Assembly (NCBI GenBank): GCA_937864985.1
Contig: CALMEZ010000194.1
Span: forward strand, 151-64,150
Direction: 5' to 3'
Length of the DNA: 64,000 bases
From: an uncultured Alphaproteobacteria bacterium
GTDB lineage: Bacteria > Pseudomonadota > Alphaproteobacteria > Rhizobiales > Aestuariivirgaceae
Position 1 is the stretch's first letter. Every line of letters starts with the position of its first letter. Positions 32,463-42,088 of this stretch are shown piece after piece. The notes under the pieces were generated by a model. That model saw nothing but the letters and a program-made list of their open reading frames with translations. It was not told the DNA's origin and did not search any database. Both the position numbers and the translations under genes were made by a program.

Positions 32463-32476
32463 TGAATATCTATTCA
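32463..32476. promoter_or_regulatory. Palindromic operator candidate TGAATATCTATTCA
   Basis: 6-bp arms TGAATA/TATTCA in the divergent intergenic region; related sites at 34235 and 44895. Confidence 0.45.
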
Positions 32477-32646
32477 GCTTCAACACGACCAACGCATAAT
32501 TGCAAGTTCCACCACGTTGCGATGGGTCAGTCCAATCTTATTGCGCATTTTCAGTTTGGCGAAGTAGCCAATCCTCTTTCCATGGTGTCGATCTGATGCT
32601 TCTATGCGCCGCTGCAATTGGGTATTGCGCGGCGAGGACCTGAATC

Positions 32647-34209
32647 ATGAAAGATGGGATTTTGATCGGCATCGACGCCGGAACATCGGTGATGAAGTCC
32701 GTTGCGTTTACCACAGGCGGAGAACAATTGGCTGTTGCAGCTGTGCCCAATCATTATGTGACGCTTGATGATGGTGGTGTCGAACAGGACATGACGCGCA
32801 CCTGGGCAGATGCGGTAGCAACGCTCAAGCAGCTTGGCGATAAAATTCCCGATTTGGCTTCAAGGCTGATTGCAATTTCGGTGACTGCACAGGGCGATGG
32901 CATGTGGCTTGTTGACAAGGACGGAGAGCCTGTTGGTCCGGCAACGATCTGGCTGGACAATCGGGCTGCCCCCATAGTTGCTGACTATGTTGCCAGGCCA
33001 GAATACGCGGCTCACTATCAACGAACGGGCACCGGACTTACGGTCGTCCAGATGACAGGCAAGCTGGCCTGGTGTCAGCAGCATCGGCCCGCACATTTTG
33101 CCAAAGCCACCCATGCCTTTCATTGCAAGGACTGGATCTATTTCAAACTTACGGGTGATCGTGTCACAGATCCGTCAGAGGCCAATTTCACATTCGGCAA
33201 TTACAAGACGCGTCGTTATGAACCCGACATCCTCGACCACTTGGGCATTGGACAAGCCAAGGCACTTCTGCCCCCTATCGTTGACGGAACACGCGAAGCT
33301 GGTGCCTTGAGTCCAGCAGCAGCCGCCGCCACGGGACTGAAGCCGGGCACCCCTGTTTGTCTTGGGTACATCGATGTGGTGTGCACGGGTCTTGGTGGCG
33401 GCCTATATGATCCATCAGGCAATTCAGGTTGCACCATCGTAGGCTCCACAGGCATGCACATGTGCCTGAGGCCGGATGCCAGCACTGTCCAATTGAATAC
33501 AGAGAAATCAGGATTCACAATCGTGTTTCCCGCACCTGGCATGGTGTCGCAAATGCAGTCGAATCTTGCTGCAACCTTGAATATCGACTGGCTCTTGGAT
33601 GTGGCGCTCAGCGTCTTGCGAGATTCAGGTGTGGAGAGGAACCGCAGTGATCTTCTGGCAGGAATGGATGAAAAACTCCTGGCAAGGCAACCGGCAAAGC
33701 TCTTGTATCATCCCTATATTTCAAGGGCAGGCGAACGCGGTCCTTTCATGAATATGAAGGCGCGCGCCATGTTCAATGGGCTGGACACGACTGCCGACTA
33801 TTTCGACATGATGCGCGCCGTATTCGAAGGCTTGGCCTTTGCAGCGCGTGATTGTTATGCCGTAATGGGTCCCATCCCATCAGAGATCAGGCTGACTGGG
33901 GGTGCGGCGCGTTCCAAGGCACTGCGTCAAATATTGGCAAGTGTGCTCAGCGCCAATGTGCGCAGCGTATCACGGGAAGAATGCGGCGCGGCCGGCACGG
34001 CCATGATTGCTGCGGTCCAGCAGAAGGTGTTTCCGGATATGGAAACGTGCGCCAAGGCGTGGGTTGACCCCTACCTGGGTATGTCGATCGAACCTGATGG
34101 CCAACAGGCCAGGACCTATGGAAAAACTTTTCCCAACTATGTTGCCGCACGCCAGGCCATGGATCCTCTCTGGCGCAAAATGGGTGCAATAGAATATCGA
34201 AATATATAA
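32647..34209 (+). CDS. eryA: FGGY carbohydrate kinase, erythritol kinase EryA-like
   Basis: IGIDAGTSV.K, TAQGDG.W, GERGPF, GGAARS. Confidence 0.75.
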   Translation: MKDGILIGIDAGTSVMKSVAFTTGGEQLAVAAVPNHYVTLDDGGVEQDMTRTWADAVATLKQLGDKIPDLASRLIAISVTAQGDGMWLVDKDGEPVGPATIWLDNRAAPIVADYVARPEYAAHYQRTGTGLTVVQMTGKLAWCQQHRPAHFAKATHAFHCKDWIYFKLTGDRVTDPSEANFTFGNYKTRRYEPDILDHLGIGQAKALLPPIVDGTREAGALSPAAAAATGLKPGTPVCLGYIDVVCTGLGGGLYDPSGNSGCTIVGSTGMHMCLRPDASTVQLNTEKSGFTIVFPAPGMVSQMQSNLAATLNIDWLLDVALSVLRDSGVERNRSDLLAGMDEKLLARQPAKLLYHPYISRAGERGPFMNMKARAMFNGLDTTADYFDMMRAVFEGLAFAARDCYAVMGPIPSEIRLTGGAARSKALRQILASVLSANVRSVSREECGAAGTAMIAAVQQKVFPDMETCAKAWVDPYLGMSIEPDGQQARTYGKTFPNYVAARQAMDPLWRKMGAIEYRNI

Positions 34210-34233
34210 GAAAAAGTCATTCCAAGAAAGTGA

Positions 34234-34261
34234 TTGCATAAACATTCGTTAGTGGTATAAA
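34234..34261 (+). promoter_or_regulatory. Putative sigma70 promoter overlapping an operator-like site
   Basis: TTGCAT-N16-TATAAA with TG extension, in an AT-rich gap upstream of the 34326 operon. Confidence 0.5.
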
Positions 34262-34325
34262 AAACCAGACACATGGAAAAGGCCTTTTCAGGGCCGATCA
34301 GCCATGGTGGAAAACTGGAAATACC

Positions 34326-35756
34326 ATGCCTATTGCGCACAATTTGTCAGACCCAACGGACCTGGAAAGCCTGCGGAGCTATTTATCGGCGTGCGATCCG
34401 GAAGGGCGGCTTGCGCCTCTCGACATGTTGGCAGTGACAATTGCAGAAGACGCACATTTTCACATTGAAGAATCTGTGAACAAAGCTCTTTTGAGTGTAG
34501 GCAAGTCTACTCAGGCAGAAATTGTCGTCCTCACTGACAAGACAAGCATTGCCCGCAAGGGCAAGAACCTGACGCATCTGATCACCAGCCAGCTCAACGG
34601 CATGCACACCGTCCATCATGTTGTTCTCGATGATGGTCACACGACACTCCATGCCGATGATGGAATTCTTGATCAAGCAACGGCAGCCACCAAAGAAGCT
34701 GACCTTGTTATAACGATCGGCTCAGGCACGATGACCGATATCGGAAAGGTGGCCACCAATCGAAATAGCAACATTCCCCACGTCGTGGTTCAGACGGCCG
34801 CATCAGTTGATGGCTTCACAGATAATGTCTCAGTTATCCTGCGTAACGGTGTGAAACGCACGATCCCGTCGCGGTGGCCCACGATTGTGCTCGCCGATGT
34901 GTCCACAATCAGCGAAGCGCCACGTGAGCTCAACACCTCAGGCTTCGGCGAAGCCATCTCATTGTTCACAGCGCCAGCTGATTGGTATCTCGCCAATCTG
35001 GTAGGCCTGGACAACACATTCCATCCGGCATCGATGGAACTGCTGAAGGCTGCTGCGGCAGAACCACCAACATGGTCCGGTGGGATAGCAAGGGGCGACG
35101 TTTCCGCCACGCGGCAACTGACGCGATTGCTTGCATTGCGGGGAATTGTGTCAGGCATATCGAACACAACAGCCTGTCTCTCGGGCGTGGAGCATGTTGT
35201 AAGCCATATGTTGGACCTGCACCATGCGGCCCACCACCAGCCCATCGGGCTTCATGGCGCACAAGTTGGTGTGGCCAGTCTTGTTGCTTCCCGGCTGTGG
35301 CGCCGTGCAATTGAAACAGATCTGATCAAACTGGAATCGCTGAAAAAGCCCGATGCAAAAGCCCAGCAAACGCGCATTCATGCAGCATTTGGCCATTTGG
35401 GAAAGAATGGTGAGATTGCCAAAGAGTGCTGGCGGGACTACCAAAAAAAAATGGAACTGGTGGAGAGCAATTGGCTACGGCTCCAATCGGTTGTCGCGGA
35501 TTGGGGGCAACACCGAACTGAATTTGCAAAGATGGTTCAGCCGTCTCAGACATTGGCAAATGCGTTGAATGCCTCCGGTGCTCCATCAACATTTGCAGCT
35601 CTGAAACCATCCATTGCGCCGTCATTGGCGCGCTGGGCGTTGGCGAACTGTCATTTGATGCGGAACCGATTCAACCTTGTGGACCTCCTTGACCTGTTAG
35701 GCCTCTGGACAGACGGGATGATCGACTGCGCCTTGGGAGATGTTTTGACAGCATGA
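34326..35756 (+). CDS. sn-glycerol-1-phosphate dehydrogenase-like (AraM/EgsA family) oxidoreductase
   Basis: GSGT.TD..K, TAASVDGFT, SG.EH..SH, HG.QVG. Confidence 0.8.
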   Translation: MPIAHNLSDPTDLESLRSYLSACDPEGRLAPLDMLAVTIAEDAHFHIEESVNKALLSVGKSTQAEIVVLTDKTSIARKGKNLTHLITSQLNGMHTVHHVVLDDGHTTLHADDGILDQATAATKEADLVITIGSGTMTDIGKVATNRNSNIPHVVVQTAASVDGFTDNVSVILRNGVKRTIPSRWPTIVLADVSTISEAPRELNTSGFGEAISLFTAPADWYLANLVGLDNTFHPASMELLKAAAAEPPTWSGGIARGDVSATRQLTRLLALRGIVSGISNTTACLSGVEHVVSHMLDLHHAAHHQPIGLHGAQVGVASLVASRLWRRAIETDLIKLESLKKPDAKAQQTRIHAAFGHLGKNGEIAKECWRDYQKKMELVESNWLRLQSVVADWGQHRTEFAKMVQPSQTLANALNASGAPSTFAALKPSIAPSLARWALANCHLMRNRFNLVDLLDLLGLWTDGMIDCALGDVLTA

Positions 35757-37264
35757 ATAGTGATCTCGTCATTGGTGTTGATTGTTCGACAACTGCATGC
35801 AAGGCCGTGGTCTGGGATCAAACGGGTAAAGCCATAGCAACCGGCAGGCGTTCCTACGGTCTTGAGCACGTTCGCTCAGGCTGGGTTGAGCAGAATGCTG
35901 AAGATTGGTGGACAGCAACGTCTGCAGCAATTTCTGAAGCAACAGCGCGCGCGGGGAAAGACAGGATTGCGGCGCTCGCAATCACCCACCAACGCGAAAC
36001 CTTTGTCTGTCTGGACGACGCCGGGCGCGCCATTCGCCCCGCCATTACCTGGATGGACATTCGGGCAACCGACGAAGTTGAAGAATTTGGCACGCCAGAT
36101 GTCCACCGGATAACCGGCAAGCCCCCTAATCCAACGCCAGCTTGGTATAAGCTGCTTTGGTTGTGTAAGCATGAACCAGATACAATCAAGAACACGAAGC
36201 ACGTCGTAGATGTTGTAGGCTATCTTGTGCAGAAACTCACGGGAGAATGGGTGACATCTTGGGCCTGTGCCGATCCCTTGGGCCTCGTTGACTTGCAACA
36301 ATTTGACTACGATGAAAACCTGCTCGAAATGGCTGGCCTGTCACGCAATAAAGTCAGCAGACTGCTGCCTCCCGGTGCGGTCGCCGGTCAGGTTTCTAGT
36401 GACATCGCAACCAAACTTGGCCTTCCCAAGGGCTTGCCCATTGTCGTCGGGGCCGGCGATGGCCAGTCTGCAGGATTGGGTTGCAACGTTACAGCACCTG
36501 GCCGAGCCTACCTGAACATTGGTACCGGAACAGTTTCGGGTGTCTATTCCGCCCACTACAATCATAGCATGGCCTATCGCACCATGGGTGGGCCAGTCCC
36601 GGGCACCTATATTTTCGAAACCTTCATCGGCGGCGGGACTCAGAATGTTGTCTGGTTTGTCGAAGAACTCTCCGGCCTGGACAAAAAAGGTCTGGAACAA
36701 GGTGAAACACCTGAGCAGATTCTTGAGTCAATGGCTGCCAAGGTTCCGGCTGGGTCAGAAAAGCTTTTGTGCCTTCCCTACTGGACAGGCGCCATGACTC
36801 CATACTGGGATGGGCACGCGCGCGGCGCATTTGTTGGCTTGTCCGGTGTGCATGGCAAGGCGCATATGTATCGTGCCATTTTGGAATCCCTTGCTCTGGA
36901 AGAGCGATTGCTGACCGGCGGCGTTGAAGCTGCTATTGGCCGCAACATTGACGACATTATCTTGTTGGGCGGGGGCGCACGCAGCCCATTGTGGTGCCAG
37001 ATCATTGCAGATGTTCTTGGTCGAGCCGTGAAGCTGGCACGCGAACAGGAAAGCACGGCCCTGGGTGCTGGCATCCATGCCGCAGCGGCATCAGGCCTGT
37101 TTAAGGACATTCGCACTGCTGCCGATGCGATGACTGGCGTTGATCGGAGTTTCGAACCGGATCTCGAAAAACACGCACAGTACACCAGCATCTTTGAAGC
37201 ATACCGCAGTGTCTATCCTGGACTCAAAAGTACATTCCGTAAAATGACGGAGAATATGTCATGA
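35753..37264 (+). CDS. FGGY carbohydrate kinase (xylulokinase-like)
   Basis: GVDCSTT..K, THQRETF, GAGDG, GGGARS. Confidence 0.88.
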   Translation: MNSDLVIGVDCSTTACKAVVWDQTGKAIATGRRSYGLEHVRSGWVEQNAEDWWTATSAAISEATARAGKDRIAALAITHQRETFVCLDDAGRAIRPAITWMDIRATDEVEEFGTPDVHRITGKPPNPTPAWYKLLWLCKHEPDTIKNTKHVVDVVGYLVQKLTGEWVTSWACADPLGLVDLQQFDYDENLLEMAGLSRNKVSRLLPPGAVAGQVSSDIATKLGLPKGLPIVVGAGDGQSAGLGCNVTAPGRAYLNIGTGTVSGVYSAHYNHSMAYRTMGGPVPGTYIFETFIGGGTQNVVWFVEELSGLDKKGLEQGETPEQILESMAAKVPAGSEKLLCLPYWTGAMTPYWDGHARGAFVGLSGVHGKAHMYRAILESLALEERLLTGGVEAAIGRNIDDIILLGGGARSPLWCQIIADVLGRAVKLAREQESTALGAGIHAAAASGLFKDIRTAADAMTGVDRSFEPDLEKHAQYTSIFEAYRSVYPGLKSTFRKMTENMS

Positions 37265-38268
37265 AGCGCTTGGCAACAGCCCCGTCGAGCCGTTTGGTGC
37301 GCATTGATATCGAGCAAATCCGGCTCATGACGCGCATCGCCCGTCTGCATTTCCTTCAAGGATTGCGGCAGGCTGATATCGCTGAGAAGTTGGGGATATC
37401 TCAGGCCAGTGTGTCAAGGTACCTGACACTGGCTGAAGAACAAGGAATCGTTCGCACCGTCGTGGTCTCGCCAGACGGGCTGTTCCCCGAACTCGAAGAA
37501 GGGCTGGTAGAAAGTTACGGATTGCAGTCCGCCTACGTGATCGACATCAGCTCCAGCGAAGAAGGTGTTTCACATGTGCTGGGCACAGCCGCCGCGCAAT
37601 GCCTTTCAAGCGAGTTCAAGGAAAGTCCGCTTGTTGGCTTCACCTCTTGGAGCACAACATTGCGGGAAATGGCGAAAGCGATGTTACCGCGATCAACTGG
37701 CGGTGTTCAAAAGGTGGTTGAAACATTGGGTGATCTGGGATCACCAATGCTGCAGCATGAGGCCACAATGGCCACACTGCAGATTGCCAAGGCCCTTGGA
37801 GCAGAAGCTGTGTTCTTGCGCACACCCGGAGTGATGCCGACTCCGGAGATGACACGAGCGGCGATGGCTGATGCTCACATCCAATCAGCACTCCGTATCC
37901 TGGATAGCCTTGACGTCGCATTGGTTGGCGTGGGCCCCGCTGACTTTCACGGGCCCCTGGAAGAGGGCGACAATTTCTTCACAGCCAGCCAGTTGGCTGC
38001 GGTTCGCGATGCGGGCGCGGTGGGTCAGTTGCATCAACGCTTCATTGACGCGACCGGTAAACCAGTTGAAACGAAATTGAATCAGCTCGTGATGGGCATA
38101 ACATTGGAGCAATTGCGAAATGCACGGCGCAAGATTGTTGTGGCGGGGGGCGTTGCCAAGCATGCTGCCATCGCAGCTGCCCTGGCCGGCAACTGGATTG
38201 ATGTGTTGGTCACGGATGTCAACACCGCCAACTATCTGATGGCGCACTCGCCGAAAGGAAAATCATGA
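37261..38268 (+). CDS. SorC/DeoR-family sugar-binding transcriptional regulator
   Basis: N-terminal HTH (Q..IA..LGIS...VSR.L) plus sugar-binding domain ending AGG..K...LVTD. Confidence 0.9.
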   Translation: MKRLATAPSSRLVRIDIEQIRLMTRIARLHFLQGLRQADIAEKLGISQASVSRYLTLAEEQGIVRTVVVSPDGLFPELEEGLVESYGLQSAYVIDISSSEEGVSHVLGTAAAQCLSSEFKESPLVGFTSWSTTLREMAKAMLPRSTGGVQKVVETLGDLGSPMLQHEATMATLQIAKALGAEAVFLRTPGVMPTPEMTRAAMADAHIQSALRILDSLDVALVGVGPADFHGPLEEGDNFFTASQLAAVRDAGAVGQLHQRFIDATGKPVETKLNQLVMGITLEQLRNARRKIVVAGGVAKHAAIAAALAGNWIDVLVTDVNTANYLMAHSPKGKS

Positions 38269-39251
38269 CACTGGCAAACGACACATTGCTGGAAATGCAG
38301 CGCCGCATGCTGCGCATCCGGCTGTTCGACGAACGTGCGTCGAAAATGGTGAAGCGGGGAGAAATCCCCGGCACGGTCCATACCTCCATCGGTCAGGAGG
38401 CCCAGGTTGTCGGTGCCTGCATGGCTCTCGCCGAAGGCGACACAATGACCGGCAATCATCGCAGCCATGGTCACCCAATTGGAAAAGGGGCCAAGCTGGG
38501 CCCATTGATGGCGGAACTCGTGGGTAAAGCCTGGGGCGTTTGCGGCGGCAAGGGTGGTTCTATGCACCTTGCTGATTTCAAGGTTGGAAGCCTGGGGGAA
38601 TCCGGCATTGTCGGCTCTTCCATCCCGATTGCCACCGGTGCAGCACTTTCCAGCAAGGTGCTGAACAAGAAGAGTGTTTCATTGGCGTTTTTCGGCGACG
38701 GCGCCGCCAATCAGGGCTGCCTCTATGAAGCAATGAATCTGTCCTCGGTATGGGGACTGCCCATCGTCTTCCTGTGCGAAAACAACCAATACGCATTGTC
38801 GACACCAGCGTACACGGTAACGGCAGGAAAAATTGCTGATCGAGCCGCGGGATTCAATATGCCGGGCGTACGTGTCGAGGATGGCCAAAGTGTTTTGGCG
38901 GTTTACGATGCCGTCCGAACGGCCGTTGACCGTGCCCGGTCAGGCAAAGGGCCAAGCCTGGTCGAGGTTATGACCTACCGCTTCAACGAACATTCTGAAG
39001 GACTGCGGCTCGCTGTCGACTACCGAAATGCTGCGGAGAAAGAGTCTTGGTTGAAGCGGGATCCGATCAAGCTATTTCGATCCTATCTCTCGGAGAACGG
39101 TGTTGCAGACGAGGCAACACTTGCGGACATCGAGTCTGAGGTCGCAGCAGAAATTGAGGCGGCCGTCCAATTTGCCGACGAAAGCCCCTTTCCGGAACTC
39201 TCCGTGGCCTACAAGGACATCTACACCGAGCCATTGGGAGGTTCACAATGA
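38265..39251 (+). CDS. TPP-dependent dehydrogenase E1 alpha subunit (acetoin/pyruvate dehydrogenase-like)
   Basis: GQEA, HRSHGH, GKGGSMH, FGDGA.NQG...ENNQY. Confidence 0.92.
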   Translation: MTLANDTLLEMQRRMLRIRLFDERASKMVKRGEIPGTVHTSIGQEAQVVGACMALAEGDTMTGNHRSHGHPIGKGAKLGPLMAELVGKAWGVCGGKGGSMHLADFKVGSLGESGIVGSSIPIATGAALSSKVLNKKSVSLAFFGDGAANQGCLYEAMNLSSVWGLPIVFLCENNQYALSTPAYTVTAGKIADRAAGFNMPGVRVEDGQSVLAVYDAVRTAVDRARSGKGPSLVEVMTYRFNEHSEGLRLAVDYRNAAEKESWLKRDPIKLFRSYLSENGVADEATLADIESEVAAEIEAAVQFADESPFPELSVAYKDIYTEPLGGSQ

Positions 39252-40258
39252 CTGTTACGAGTTACCTTGGTGCGATTGGCGCCGCCCAGCGCGAGGCCAT
39301 GGAAGCTGATGAGCGTGTAATCATCATTGGCGAAGACGTGGAGGCTAATGTCTATGGCACGATGGGGGGAGGCAAATCACGCGCAGACAAGGGCGACTTT
39401 CTGCAGATGTTCGGCGCCAACCGCATCAGGAATACGCCAATTTCAGAAGAAGTGATGGTTGGTGCTGCAGCGGGCGCCGCCATGACCGGCCTCAGGCCAA
39501 TTGTAGATCTGTCATATTCCACGTTTCTGTACATGGCCATGGACCAATTCATCAATCAGGTTGCCAAGAGCCGTTATATGTTTGGCGGGCAGGCATCCTT
39601 GCCGGTGGTCTTCCGCTCAGCCATGTTTTATGGACTGAGCACAGCCGCACATCACTCTGACCGTCCCTACCCCATGTTCATGAATATGCCGGGCCTCAAA
39701 ATCATGGTTCCGGCTTCGCCGACGGATGCCAAAGGCCTGCTGCGTTCGGCGATTGACATGGATGACCCAGTTTTGTCGTTCGAGGCTTGCCTGTTGTGGG
39801 GAATGAAGGAAGACATCCAGGACGGTGAATTCCGCATTCCCTTTGGCGTTGCGCGGACGGTCCGCGCCGGCACGGATGTTACAGTTGTGGCGATCTCAAC
39901 AGCCGTTCCAGCGGCCATGCAAGCAGCACAGAAGCTCGAGGCGGACGGCATTTCAGTGGAGATTATAGATCCTCGCACATTGGTTCCATTCCATTCAGAG
40001 GCGGTGCTGAACTCAGTCGCAAAGACGGGTCGTCTTGTCGTGGCCGATCCTGCAAACCGAACATGTGGTGCCGCAGCGGAAATTTCCGCAATTGTAGCAG
40101 AACAGGCATTTGATTGCCTTAAGGCGCCGATAATTAGAGTGACAACCCCCGATACCCATGTTCCCTTTAGCCCGGCAATCGAAAAGCAGTTGTATCCGAA
40201 TGCAACAACGATAGCCGACGCAGTACGCAAGGCTGTTGCAACAAAACCCAAGCATTGA
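39248..40258 (+). CDS. TPP-dependent dehydrogenase E1 beta subunit
   Basis: GEDV, NTPISE, G.RP, DAKGLL, IDPRTL.P. Confidence 0.92.
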   Translation: MTVTSYLGAIGAAQREAMEADERVIIIGEDVEANVYGTMGGGKSRADKGDFLQMFGANRIRNTPISEEVMVGAAAGAAMTGLRPIVDLSYSTFLYMAMDQFINQVAKSRYMFGGQASLPVVFRSAMFYGLSTAAHHSDRPYPMFMNMPGLKIMVPASPTDAKGLLRSAIDMDDPVLSFEACLLWGMKEDIQDGEFRIPFGVARTVRAGTDVTVVAISTAVPAAMQAAQKLEADGISVEIIDPRTLVPFHSEAVLNSVAKTGRLVVADPANRTCGAAAEISAIVAEQAFDCLKAPIIRVTTPDTHVPFSPAIEKQLYPNATTIADAVRKAVATKPKH

Positions 40259-40269
40259 AGGAGCCGACT

Positions 40270-40512
40270 ATGGCACGCATCAACGTCCTCTTGCCACAAT
40301 GGGGCATGGGCATGAGTGAAGGTACAATCATCAAGTGGTTGAAGGCAGTCGGTGACCCTGTTGCCGAAGACGAGCCTCTTGCTGAAATCGAAGCAGAAAA
40401 GACCACGGAGGTCATCGAATCACCAGCTGCGGGCACTTTGATCGATATTCTGCATCAGTCAGGTGCCGTTGTGCCCGTGCGCACGCCGGTCGCCATCATC
40501 CAAAAAGCCTGA
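40270..40512 (+). CDS. Stand-alone lipoyl domain protein
   Basis: LPQWGMGMSEGTI.KWLK..GD...EIEAEK(lipoyl-Lys)...SPAAG; 80 aa with a clean stop. Confidence 0.88.
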   Translation: MARINVLLPQWGMGMSEGTIIKWLKAVGDPVAEDEPLAEIEAEKTTEVIESPAAGTLIDILHQSGAVVPVRTPVAIIQKA

Positions 40513-40535
40513 TCCGTCCCTGAAAGGAAATAGCA

Positions 40536-41381
40536 ATGCCTTGGGCAAACCCTCGCCAACTCATTGATGATGCGCGCTCCGGAAACTATGCCGTTGGTGC
40601 CTTCAACATGCACAATGATGAAACAACCGAAGCATTGGTCCGCGCTGCCGAACAAGCAAAGGCGCCTGTCTTCCTGCAGGTGGGTCGTGCCATTGTCCCT
40701 CATATGGGTCTGAAGAAGGCCTTTGCCATGACGAAGCGCATCGCAGAGGAATCCGATGCACAGTTTGTGATCCATCTTGATCACGGTCCTTGGGAGGAAT
40801 GCTTGGAAGCAATCAAGCTTGGCTTCAATTCGATCATGTGTGATTTTGCTCATCTTCCATTTGAAGACAACATCCGCATGACAAAGCGTGTTGTCGAGAT
40901 GGCGCATGATTTTGGGATTCCAGTGGAAGCCGAGCTTGGAAAAATTCCTGATGTTGGCCAAAGCGTGAATTGGGAAGATTACTACACGACAGTCGACGAA
41001 GCGGCGCGTTTCGTCGCTGAAACGGGCGTAGACTATTTGGCGATTTCCGTCGGCATTGTGCATGGCGTCATTCCTGGCTTGAAGCCTGAACCGCTGTCGA
41101 TCAAGCGCACGCTGGAAATTCGCGACGCAACGGGGATCCCTCTTGTTTTGCACGGTGCATCAGGAATTCCGGAAGAGGAAGTGCAGGCGGCCAAGGCCGC
41201 AGGTGTCCACAAGTTCAATGCCGACACGGACCTTCGGCATGCCTTCCGCCAAGGCATGCTGGATGTCTGGTCGTCAGGCGATCATCAGCTCGAAGAAGCG
41301 ATGGCTGAGGGGCGCAAACGCATGATCAATGCAACGATTGAGAAAATGAAACTTTACGGTTGCGCCGGAAAGGCAGCGTAG
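40536..41381 (+). CDS. Class II fructose/tagatose-bisphosphate aldolase family protein
   Basis: YAVGAFN, HLDHG, EAELG, LVLHGASG, K.N..TD. Confidence 0.9.
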   Translation: MPWANPRQLIDDARSGNYAVGAFNMHNDETTEALVRAAEQAKAPVFLQVGRAIVPHMGLKKAFAMTKRIAEESDAQFVIHLDHGPWEECLEAIKLGFNSIMCDFAHLPFEDNIRMTKRVVEMAHDFGIPVEAELGKIPDVGQSVNWEDYYTTVDEAARFVAETGVDYLAISVGIVHGVIPGLKPEPLSIKRTLEIRDATGIPLVLHGASGIPEEEVQAAKAAGVHKFNADTDLRHAFRQGMLDVWSSGDHQLEEAMAEGRKRMINATIEKMKLYGCAGKAA

Positions 41382-42085
41382 TGGGTGCTTTCGTCAGTTC
41401 ATTTGAAGTCATCGATGATACCGAACGATCCAGCGAAACACGGCCGCATCCACAAGAATATGCAGGCTGGGTGTACCAGCAACTTGCGAATCTGAAGATA
41501 GGTGACCCTGGAATCTTGCGCTTTCGGAGGCCAAGGCCGACGGCAGCCTTTTCCCCTCAGGACACGACGCATCCTGCTTACGAGAGTGCAAAGGCGCTGG
41601 CACGTGCCGAGGGGTTTGAGCCGATTGAGCGCGGAACCGGTGGCAGACTTACGATGTTCGACGAGAATGCACTGGGCATCACAATCTTGTCACCGCACGT
41701 TGACCCACACAAGGATATGATGTTGCGTTACGAAGTAGTGGCCAACGCGATAACGCGGGCGCTAGCCAGTCTCGGCATCGAGGCAAGAATTGGTGAACTG
41801 CCCAACGAATATTGCCCTGGAAGATTCAGTATACATGCCGCCGGCCAATTTAAACTGGTAGGCATTGCCCAGAGAATGAATCAGCGCTGCGTTCAAATGG
41901 GGGCCATTGTTTCGATCAATCACTCAAAGGCTGCCTGCCGGTCAATCGCCGCAGCATATGAAATCATGGGGTTGCCATTTGATCCAAAAACATATGGTGC
42001 AATCACGGACGTGAAACCCGATCTCACATATCGGCATGTTGTTGCTGCCTGCAAGGCGGAATTGTTTCGATCAATCTCAATCTGA
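41381..42085 (+). CDS. Lipoate-protein ligase/lipoyl transferase (LplA/LipL-like)
   Basis: RGTGG, EYCPG.FS, KLVGIAQR. Confidence 0.8.
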   Translation: MGAFVSSFEVIDDTERSSETRPHPQEYAGWVYQQLANLKIGDPGILRFRRPRPTAAFSPQDTTHPAYESAKALARAEGFEPIERGTGGRLTMFDENALGITILSPHVDPHKDMMLRYEVVANAITRALASLGIEARIGELPNEYCPGRFSIHAAGQFKLVGIAQRMNQRCVQMGAIVSINHSKAACRSIAAAYEIMGLPFDPKTYGAITDVKPDLTYRHVVAACKAELFRSISI

Positions 42086-42088
42086 GTT

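Noticed and set aside
38265-40512. Housekeeping pyruvate dehydrogenase operon, or a frameshifted E2 pseudogene
   Set aside because: There is no E2 catalytic domain or E3; the lipoyl ORF ends cleanly and is followed within 25 bp by an RBS and the aldolase
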